A model generated the notes under the pieces. That model was not told the origin of the DNA, did no database searches, and worked only from the letters and a program-made list of their open reading frames with translations. This document shows positions 26,649 through 34,495 of a stretch of DNA of 64,000 nucleotides, piece after piece; the first letter of the stretch is position 1; the number at the start of each line of letters is the position of its first letter. The stretch is from Sedimentisphaeraceae bacterium JB056 (GTDB lineage Bacteria > Planctomycetota > Phycisphaerae > Sedimentisphaerales > Sedimentisphaeraceae), in contig JBITAJ010000018.1 in assembly GCA_044440125.1 (NCBI GenBank), positions 32,001 through 96,000 of the forward strand, in the 5' to 3' direction. A program made the translations under genes and the position numbers.

Positions 26649-28457
26649 ATGTTAAAAAATAAGGAAAAAATGGAAACAGTTCAATTCAGTTACAGCTTCA
26701 ATCTTGCCGATTATATTGTAATCATAGGTTACCTTGTTATGTTAATCAGTGTAGGCTTTTTGATGAAAAAGCTTTGCAGCAATGTTGAGGATTATTTTAT
26801 TGGCGGCAACAGGGTTTCATGGTGGCTTGCGGGAGCGAGTTGTTTCATGATGAGCTTCAGTGCGTGGACATTTACCGGTGCCGCTGGTTTTGCATATAAA
26901 TACGGTATACTCATAATGTCATTATTCCATTTTAATGCGATAGCGTATATATTCGTAGGCTTTTTTATCGCTAAGCGATGCCGTCAAACGCGAAAAGTAA
27001 CTTATTTGCAGATTGTTTACGACCGTTTTGGCAGAGTTGCCGAGCAGTTTTTTACATGGATTCAGATTCCAATGATGCTTTTTGGCGGAGCAATCTGGCT
27101 TACAGGTTTGGCGACGTTTATTTCTGTGGCATTTGGTTTCCCAATGGATTACACTATTGTCATAAGCGGTATAATAATCTTGATATATTCAACTCTTGGC
27201 GGATCATGGGGTGTGATGACGACAGACTTTCTCCAGTCGCTTATTTTAATGGCTCTTACTATAGTCATTGCCGCTTTGACTGTGATTAAGGCTGATGGAC
27301 TTAGCTCGTTGATCGCAAATATTGAGCCTTCAAAGTTGAACTTTATAAATCCTGAGCATCCAAGAAGCTGGATATTTGCATATTTCCTGCAAACATTTAT
27401 CCTGTTTTCGTCGATTAACGGTGCTCAGCGTTTTCTTGCCGTAAGAGACGGTAAGAGTGCGGGTAAAGCAGCATTTTTTGCCGCAGCATTGTTTATTGTT
27501 GGACCGCTTATCTGGTTTATTCCTCCTATAGCGGCTTCGCATTATTTCCCTGATATTGCTGCAGTTCTTCCTTCGCTCAGTCATCCTCAGGATGCGGCCT
27601 ACGTTCTGATGGGGCTTAAAGTTCTTCCCCATGGGCTGGCAGGATTGCTTATTATGGTGATATTTGCCGCCACTCTCTCAAGTATGGATACCGCAGTTAA
27701 CCAGAATGCGGCTATCGTGTGTATGAATATTTATAAACCGTTGATACGTCCTAAAGCAACTGAAAGAGAGATGTTTATTGTTGCTCATATAGTGAATGTA
27801 TTTCTGGGAATACTGGTCATTAGCGGTGCGTTTGTTTTCTCACGTCAGACAGAGCTTGCGCTCTTTGATCTGATGCTTCTGCTCTCATCAAGCATTGCGA
27901 TGCCGATAGCATTCCCGTTCTTACTCGTATATTGGGTTAAGAAGACACCTCCTTGGTCTGCTGTTGCATCAGTACTTGCAAGCAGTATTTTCAGTGCGTT
28001 GTCAAAGACTTTCGGTTTTCTCAAGGTCCCGCATGAATGGGCAACAGATGTTCTTAATTCAACTGGTTTGTTTTCGCTTGACCCTTCCAGCGAATGGCCT
28101 CTTATGTTTAATATTGGCGGAATAATAATAATTGGCGGGACTATTTTCCTCCTTTCATCATTGTTCTGGTCTGGTACTGATGATTTGGTGAAAAAGCGTA
28201 TCGCAGAGCTTTATAGGCGGATGAATACGCCTGTAGATTATGAAACAGAAAATGTTGGATCCGAAGACAATAGACAGTTTTTTATTGTTGGTATTCTTGC
28301 GATGATTGTCGGTTTTGGGTTGATGATTATAACACTGTGTCCCAATACAATGGTAGACAGGGTTGCTATTTTGATTACAGGTTTGATAGTTGCAGTGGTA
28401 GGCTACATGCTTTATATTTGTGGTCGCCGTTATGTTAAACAGTTAGAAACGAAGTAA
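26649..28457 (+). CDS. Sodium:solute symporter (SSS) family transporter
   Basis: DYFIGG..VSWWLAGAS..M..FSAWTFTG, TDFLQ and AATLSSMD motifs; many TM segments. Start may be 26670. Confidence 0.93.
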   Translation: MLKNKEKMETVQFSYSFNLADYIVIIGYLVMLISVGFLMKKLCSNVEDYFIGGNRVSWWLAGASCFMMSFSAWTFTGAAGFAYKYGILIMSLFHFNAIAYIFVGFFIAKRCRQTRKVTYLQIVYDRFGRVAEQFFTWIQIPMMLFGGAIWLTGLATFISVAFGFPMDYTIVISGIIILIYSTLGGSWGVMTTDFLQSLILMALTIVIAALTVIKADGLSSLIANIEPSKLNFINPEHPRSWIFAYFLQTFILFSSINGAQRFLAVRDGKSAGKAAFFAAALFIVGPLIWFIPPIAASHYFPDIAAVLPSLSHPQDAAYVLMGLKVLPHGLAGLLIMVIFAATLSSMDTAVNQNAAIVCMNIYKPLIRPKATEREMFIVAHIVNVFLGILVISGAFVFSRQTELALFDLMLLLSSSIAMPIAFPFLLVYWVKKTPPWSAVASVLASSIFSALSKTFGFLKVPHEWATDVLNSTGLFSLDPSSEWPLMFNIGGIIIIGGTIFLLSSLFWSGTDDLVKKRIAELYRRMNTPVDYETENVGSEDNRQFFIVGILAMIVGFGLMIITLCPNTMVDRVAILITGLIVAVVGYMLYICGRRYVKQLETK

Positions 28458-28463
28458 CGCAAT

Positions 28464-28489
28464 CAGAGCCGCGACCGTAAGGGAGCGGA
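28464..28489 (+). repeat. REP-like palindrome copy 3
   Basis: CAGAGCCGCGACCGTAAGGGAGCGGA, same core as 8048 and 4412. Confidence 0.8.
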
Positions 28490-28603
28490 TAAGGCGTGTG
28501 GTTTTAGAATATAGAAGTAAGTAGTGAGTAGACTTATTACTTCATTGGTTTGTGAGTAAAACCTACGCCAGAGAAATATTAAAACAATTTGCACGGAGAG
28601 TAT

Positions 28604-31600
28604 ATGTTAAGATTTTTAGGTAAAATCACGATAATTATAACACTTTTAAGCGGTGTTGTGTTTGCGGACAATAAAGATGATGCTGCTCAAAGCCTTATAG
28701 TCCAGAATACGCTTAAAATAGATAAACCTTATAAGCTTGTAAAAACCATTGATTTGAACAAGATAAGTGCTATTGTTATTCCTGAAGGCAACGCGTATCA
28801 GGATTTTGCCGAAAAAATTAAAAGTTCTCTTTTGAAGAAGAATATTACGAATGTTAAAATTGTTAGTGATGAGCTTTATAAGCAACAGAGCGGTAACCTT
28901 ATTGTTGTAGGTGATACGGGCAGTAACGTTATGATAGATCGCCTGTACTGGAATTGGTATACTCGAATGGCTCCGGGTGTATTGAGTAATTATTATGCGA
29001 TTCAAACTATATACAGTCCTATAGGTGTATATTCGCAGGGTGATATGGTTGTTATAGGTATTACAAACCCGGCATCATTTAACAATGCTTTCAATAGTTT
29101 CTGTGAACTTATTGATTCTTCCGACAATAACAGACTTTCGCCTTTTTATCAGATATATGGCGGGGCGGTTCAGGAATATCGCCAGTCATACTTTGATGCA
29201 GCCTCAAAGGAGGGCGGGCTTAACGGTTTTATGACTCTGCTCGATTATTATATGAGAAATAATGACAAGCAGTATCTTGACAGGGCCGTTGAAGTGCTTC
29301 TTGAAAAAGCACAGGAGAATAACGAAGATCCTCTTATGTTGAAAGTCAGTTGGGCGGATGAACGTAACTTCTATAAAGCAGTGCAGTATTGGGATGCTTT
29401 CTGTCGCTTTTATGACCTGAGTGACAAGCAGCGTCTTGATATTGACCGAATGCTTATAAGTTCGGTTGATGTTCTGCTGAAAAGGTGTAGTGGTTATCAT
29501 GCCATAGATGAAGATTATATCACGACATGGAATCATACTAACATACCTCTTCTTGGTATTCATACGATCAGTCGATATCTTAAGCAAAGATACGAAATGA
29601 ATAATCCTCTCATTGAAGAGTTCGATACAAAGGCTGTTCAGTGTTTTGAGGCTACGATTGATAACTATAGACCAATGGAAGAGAGTATTGGATATACGCT
29701 TCTTGCGGGTGAATACAATTTCTATTACTATCTTATGGAAAATAAGATGGAATTTGTAGAAAACGGCGGAGCGCAGAGATTTGCGGATATGGTAATGTTA
29801 AATACCGACAATAACGGATATTTCGCCGGACAGGGTGATGTTGCACAGATGTATCCGATAGCAGGTCATAATCGTGGATTCAGTCTGTTATTCAGACTTA
29901 CCCGTGATGGTATATTCAGGTGTATGGCTGATCGTGATCAATCTCATTGGTTTAAAAAATATACGCTCTTTGATGTTGATACTCCGGCGGTTACTCCTGA
30001 AAAGTATGTTGGAGTAAAGCATATACCTATTGATAAGGGAATGTATGAATTGTTGTATAATTATACATTTGAATATGAGCCTATTTCTCCACCGAACTTT
30101 CCGCGTGAGATGACGTTCGATAAGCTGCAGTTCCGTTCTTCAGCTGAACCGGAAGGAGAATATATGCTTGTTGACGGTCTTGGCAGGGGTAAGCATCAGC
30201 ATTATGATACCAATGCGATTGTTGCTTATGTTGCCGGAGGTTACAAGTTCCTTTTTGATTCGGATTATCTCTGCAAGAAGACTTCTGATCATTCAATACT
30301 TAATGTGTGCAGAAACGGCAGGAGTGATGAACAAATCGCATCATGTGCCGGTTTGATGCATTGCAGTGAATTTGAAGAAGACGCCTTTACAGCATCAACT
30401 ATTACCGATTACAAGGGTGTTGACTGGACTCGAAATATTTACTGGGAAAAGGAAAAATACTTTGCTGTGCTTGACACGGTTAGAGTCAAAGAGACTGCTG
30501 AATATGTACTTGACTGTACCTGGAAAATACTTGACAGAGATATGGAAGAGTATGATGGTAAGACATTGGTATGTAAGGCGCCAAGCACCAGTGAGAATAA
30601 GCTTTCAAGTGGAGAGAAAATTGATACTCTTCGTAATTTCCCAGGGCAGACTTTTTATCTCAGAAGCACAACGGATAACGGTTGGTGGGATCATCGTGTC
30701 AGCTCAAGAGAAGTGCCGAGCCATAGAATACATCAGAGCGTAAAGTCTGATCTGAAAAGCGGCGATTATATGTCGTTCCAGAATGTTTTCTATGTCAAAC
30801 GTGATAGTGATTATGTGCCAGTTAAGATAAATGAAAAAGCTATGCTTGTTGATGGCAGTGACTGGAAGCTCATTGTTGTTGATGATGCGATATCTGATCA
30901 AATCTCTCTTCGCGGTAAGTTTGTTGCGGTAAACAATGATTCGATTACCGCCGTAAAAGTAGAGTCTTTCAGTTATGCCGGAGACGAATTATTCAGAAGC
31001 TCAGCGGCTGTTGATATATCACTCAACGGTACAAAGCTTTTCATTGATGCTGAGTGTGATGGACAACTTAAACTTGCTGGTATTGAAAAGACCTTTGAGT
31101 TTAAGAGGGGTACCAACGAATATACTGTAAGCGGAGTTGATTTCAGTATAAATAAATCTTCTCTTGTCAAGCTTTCGCAAAGTTCTGATGATAGCAAGCA
31201 GGGTGATATATTTGATAGTGTCAGAAAGCTGTCAGTCGAAGGGAAAGGCAAAGCAACCGGCTTTGAATACAATAGCTTCACTGATATGTTTGCATATGAT
31301 ATTAATCGTGACGGCAGCAATGAGATTATCGTAACTTCAAGAACAGGTGATGCTTCTGTGTATGATGAAGGCGGCAAACTGCTCTGGAAAGCGAAAAACG
31401 ATAGCGGCTTTTATTCCGCGACAGCCGGAGACATTGATAAAGATGGCAAATTTGAGGTGCTTCTTGGTACAGGTTCACATAGCGTGATTGTATTTGATGC
31501 TGATGGTAATGAGCTTAGACGTGTTGCTGTCCCTATTGAGTCTTCAGGGCGTTACGGTGTGAGAAAAAGCGATCCGCAATGGATAACCGTTCTCAAAATA

Positions 31601-32395
31601 TTTGATATAGACTTAGATGGCGATATGGAGCTTGTGCTTGGCACGAGAACATGGCAGGTTCAGATATTCGACCATGATTTCCAGCAGCAATGGTATTTCA
31701 GTTACAATTATCATGGTGTTCAGGAGATTAGTTTTGAGGATATGGATAATGATGGTGTGATTGACATTGTTACATCTGACAGGTACGGCACCGTTCGTGT
31801 ACTCGACTGGAAGAGCGAAGATTTTGCGACCAGTATTAAAGGTTATACTGCTACAGGCGATGTATCGCATGCTATCACAGATGCTGATAATGACGGCATA
31901 AAAGAATTTATTGATGCCTCTACTGCCGGCGTTCTTACTTCTTTTGAAAGACCGGATAATTTGAAGATAATCATAAAAGATTCATGGGATCCTTATTATG
32001 GCTACAATGAAAAATGGAGTTTCAACAACTTTGGCTACAGTTATTATGATGTTGAGTTATTGAATAACCGTGATGGTGAAGATTCATTGCTTGCCGCATC
32101 GGAAACCGGTTATATTTACAGCCTCAATCCTTCCGATGGTTCTCTTAATTGGAGTAAACATCTTGGAAGTATTGTCCACACTGTTTCTGTTTATGCAGAT
32201 AAATACATAGCTGCAGGTACCGAAAAGGGTGATGTCTTTATCTTGAATTCAGATGGTAAAATTCTTTACACTTGCAATCTTGGTGGTAAAATATGCAAGA
32301 TTATTCCGATTGGTAACGGTGTGTTTGCTGTGGCTGATACTTACTGTAATATTTCAGTAGTCGGATGGAATAACAACGCTTTAGAGCCGCAATGA
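28604..32395 (+). CDS. Large secreted heparinase II/III-like (lyase-like) protein with C-terminal FG-GAP/PQQ-like propeller
   Basis: Signal peptide; helical region with TWNH; KHQHYDTNAI resembling the HepII/III HxHxD motif; W.R.I..VLD. C-terminal repeats DINRDG, DIDKDG, DIDLDG, DMDNDG and DADNDG. Confidence 0.6.
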   Translation: MLRFLGKITIIITLLSGVVFADNKDDAAQSLIVQNTLKIDKPYKLVKTIDLNKISAIVIPEGNAYQDFAEKIKSSLLKKNITNVKIVSDELYKQQSGNLIVVGDTGSNVMIDRLYWNWYTRMAPGVLSNYYAIQTIYSPIGVYSQGDMVVIGITNPASFNNAFNSFCELIDSSDNNRLSPFYQIYGGAVQEYRQSYFDAASKEGGLNGFMTLLDYYMRNNDKQYLDRAVEVLLEKAQENNEDPLMLKVSWADERNFYKAVQYWDAFCRFYDLSDKQRLDIDRMLISSVDVLLKRCSGYHAIDEDYITTWNHTNIPLLGIHTISRYLKQRYEMNNPLIEEFDTKAVQCFEATIDNYRPMEESIGYTLLAGEYNFYYYLMENKMEFVENGGAQRFADMVMLNTDNNGYFAGQGDVAQMYPIAGHNRGFSLLFRLTRDGIFRCMADRDQSHWFKKYTLFDVDTPAVTPEKYVGVKHIPIDKGMYELLYNYTFEYEPISPPNFPREMTFDKLQFRSSAEPEGEYMLVDGLGRGKHQHYDTNAIVAYVAGGYKFLFDSDYLCKKTSDHSILNVCRNGRSDEQIASCAGLMHCSEFEEDAFTASTITDYKGVDWTRNIYWEKEKYFAVLDTVRVKETAEYVLDCTWKILDRDMEEYDGKTLVCKAPSTSENKLSSGEKIDTLRNFPGQTFYLRSTTDNGWWDHRVSSREVPSHRIHQSVKSDLKSGDYMSFQNVFYVKRDSDYVPVKINEKAMLVDGSDWKLIVVDDAISDQISLRGKFVAVNNDSITAVKVESFSYAGDELFRSSAAVDISLNGTKLFIDAECDGQLKLAGIEKTFEFKRGTNEYTVSGVDFSINKSSLVKLSQSSDDSKQGDIFDSVRKLSVEGKGKATGFEYNSFTDMFAYDINRDGSNEIIVTSRTGDASVYDEGGKLLWKAKNDSGFYSATAGDIDKDGKFEVLLGTGSHSVIVFDADGNELRRVAVPIESSGRYGVRKSDPQWITVLKIFDIDLDGDMELVLGTRTWQVQIFDHDFQQQWYFSYNYHGVQEISFEDMDNDGVIDIVTSDRYGTVRVLDWKSEDFATSIKGYTATGDVSHAITDADNDGIKEFIDASTAGVLTSFERPDNLKIIIKDSWDPYYGYNEKWSFNNFGYSYYDVELLNNRDGEDSLLAASETGYIYSLNPSDGSLNWSKHLGSIVHTVSVYADKYIAAGTEKGDVFILNSDGKILYTCNLGGKICKIIPIGNGVFAVADTYCNISVVGWNNNALEPQ

Positions 32396-32428
32396 AGGGT
32401 TGTTTTTGAAGATGACTTTCAAAATAAA

Positions 32429-33040
32429 ATGAGAAACTGGTGGCTTGAAGGAAGTGACAAAGTTTCAATTAAAAACGGAAGAATGTATATAGATGCCAAT
32501 GATCCCGATGGCAGCGGAAGTGATATCTATTGTACCATATGGTGCAAAAATAAGATTGAGGGCAAGAATGTTAATATTAAATTTGATGCCTGTGTGCTTG
32601 ATTCCAAGACAGGCGTGAACAATATTAATTTCTTTCTGAACTATTCCGATCCTGAAGACAAGGATATCTATGAGACCCGTTCTGCTCGAGAGAGCGGGGC
32701 ATATACCTTGTATCACGACCTTAATGGCTACATATTTACTTATCTGCGTGATATTGCCGGAGAGAGAGAGTTTGTTAACGGTGTTCCGCAGGGCAGGGTT
32801 CGTATCCGAAGATGTCCTGGATTTAATATGATAGCAGAAAGTTATACCTATAATGCTGAGGCAGGAAAAGTCCGGGAAATTGAGATAATAAAAAGGGGTG
32901 GTGATATTTCTTACAAAGTAGATGGGATGATTCTTTGTCAGGTAGAAGATGAAGATAGTTGGAATTCTGGCTATTTTGGACTAAGAACGTATATGACCAG
33001 TTTGTGGGTTGACAATTTTGTTGTAACTGAGTTAGAGTAA
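32429..33040 (+). CDS. DUF1961/YesU-like ConA-fold protein with disrupted 5' end
   Basis: Paralog of 13451 (NWWLEG, RRCPGF, GYFGLR). Homology extends in frame upstream to 32396 (RVVFEDDF), directly after the upstream TGA. Confidence 0.75.
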   Translation: MRNWWLEGSDKVSIKNGRMYIDANDPDGSGSDIYCTIWCKNKIEGKNVNIKFDACVLDSKTGVNNINFFLNYSDPEDKDIYETRSARESGAYTLYHDLNGYIFTYLRDIAGEREFVNGVPQGRVRIRRCPGFNMIAESYTYNAEAGKVREIEIIKRGGDISYKVDGMILCQVEDEDSWNSGYFGLRTYMTSLWVDNFVVTELE

Positions 33041-33064
33041 TAATTTGATTGAAAGATTTTGATA

Positions 33065-34318
33065 ATGATAAGATCAGTTGTAAATTGCGTATTCCTTTTA
33101 TGTTCGGTATGTTGTTTATATGCGGCAGATGTAACTGTTGTTACAGATAGAGAAGATGCTCTTTATTCTTGCGGTGAAAAAGCAGGCTTTGTAATAAGCA
33201 GTGAAACAGAAACTGATTGCAAATACACACTGACTCTTGATGGCAAAGATGTGATCAAAACCGGCGAATTAAAAATAACTGATGACGCAGAAGTCGTCTA
33301 TGGCTCAGTTGAGGAGCCTGGATTTCTGAGATGTGCTGTGCAGTATAAGGATTCAGATACAGGCAAGATGAAATCAGCCGTTGCGGCGGCAGGTTTCGAT
33401 CCGAAGAAGATTAAGCCTGCTTATGATAAACTTACCGAAGATTTTGATGTCTTCTGGAATGAAATGAAGCGTCAGCTAAGTTGTATACCTTTTAATATTG
33501 TTATGGAACCATACAGTAGTGATGATGGTGTTGAAATCGTAGATATAAAGGTTGATTGTATTGGCAAGAATGTCAGCGGTTATTATGCTCGTCCTATCGA
33601 TGCGAAGGTCAAAAGCTGTCCGGCAATATTGTTTGTTCAGGGCGCGGGTGTTTACAGTTCAAGAACCGGAAGTGTAAAAGACTATGCAAGCGAGGGTTTT
33701 ATAGCTCTTGAGATAAATGCTCATGGTTTGTCCAATGGACAGAGTAAGGAATATTACAGTGAATTGGCTAAGGGAGAACTTCAGGGATATTCTCACTGGG
33801 GTAGAGAAAGCCGCTATACCAGCTATTTCAAAGGAATGTACTTGAGGGTTGTTCGAGCATTGGAGTTTCTCAAGGCTCAACCTCAGTGGGATGGTAAGGT
33901 GCTGGTTGTTTACGGTTCAAGCCAGGGCGGTGCACAGACTCTTGCCGCCACAGGTCTTGATCCTGACGTTAATATAATAGCTGCTGCAGTTCCGGCCATG
34001 AGTGATCATGCCGGTAAGATTGCCGGCTGGCCGAGAATGATTCCTACGGAGGGAGACGGCAGTTACAACAAGCAGATAGCAGATGCCAGCAGTTTCTTTG
34101 ACAATGTCAATTTTGCACGCAAGTCAAAGGCGCAGGCAATCTTTACTGTTGGATTTATTGACAACGTATGTCGCCCGACAAGTGTTTATGCGGTGTATAA
34201 TACATTTCCTAATAAGAAGGAAATTATAAACGAGCCGCTTATGGATCACAAATTCCTGCCTGAACACCGTGATGTTTTCAAGCAGTGGATACTCGAAATC
34301 ATTGAAGACATAAAGTGA
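33065..34318 (+). CDS. Secreted acetylxylan esterase-like (CE7) alpha/beta hydrolase
   Basis: Signal peptide; DFDVFW, GSSQGG nucleophile elbow, GFIDNVCRP and terminal H. Confidence 0.88.
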   Translation: MIRSVVNCVFLLCSVCCLYAADVTVVTDREDALYSCGEKAGFVISSETETDCKYTLTLDGKDVIKTGELKITDDAEVVYGSVEEPGFLRCAVQYKDSDTGKMKSAVAAAGFDPKKIKPAYDKLTEDFDVFWNEMKRQLSCIPFNIVMEPYSSDDGVEIVDIKVDCIGKNVSGYYARPIDAKVKSCPAILFVQGAGVYSSRTGSVKDYASEGFIALEINAHGLSNGQSKEYYSELAKGELQGYSHWGRESRYTSYFKGMYLRVVRALEFLKAQPQWDGKVLVVYGSSQGGAQTLAATGLDPDVNIIAAAVPAMSDHAGKIAGWPRMIPTEGDGSYNKQIADASSFFDNVNFARKSKAQAIFTVGFIDNVCRPTSVYAVYNTFPNKKEIINEPLMDHKFLPEHRDVFKQWILEIIEDIK

Positions 34319-34419
34319 TTTAGTCTTATACCCATAACGAAAATCCCCAAAGGGTAAACTTACCCTTGTTAACTGAAAAAAACATATATTTTTTCAGCAC
34401 AGAAGATGTACGTGTATTA

Positions 34420-34461
34420 TTTGACAGTCATGTGTTTAGCGGTTGGTTAAACACTGTCAAA
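34420..34461. other. Bulged inverted repeat in the leader of the 34496 gene
   Basis: TTTGACA..GTGTTTAGC-GGTTG-GTTAAACAC-TGTCAAA. A second palindrome AAGGGTAA-AC-TTACCCTT lies at 34350-34367. Confidence 0.4.
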
Positions 34462-34495
34462 ATATCTTATTACTTATTGTTTCAAGGAGATTTGT

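Noticed and set aside
32393..32395. Genome-wide UGA=Trp or selenocysteine recoding
   Set aside because: Many complete genes here end in TGA (1913, 3180, 5488, 6818, 11548), TGG is used for Trp throughout, and no SECIS-like hairpin is evident.
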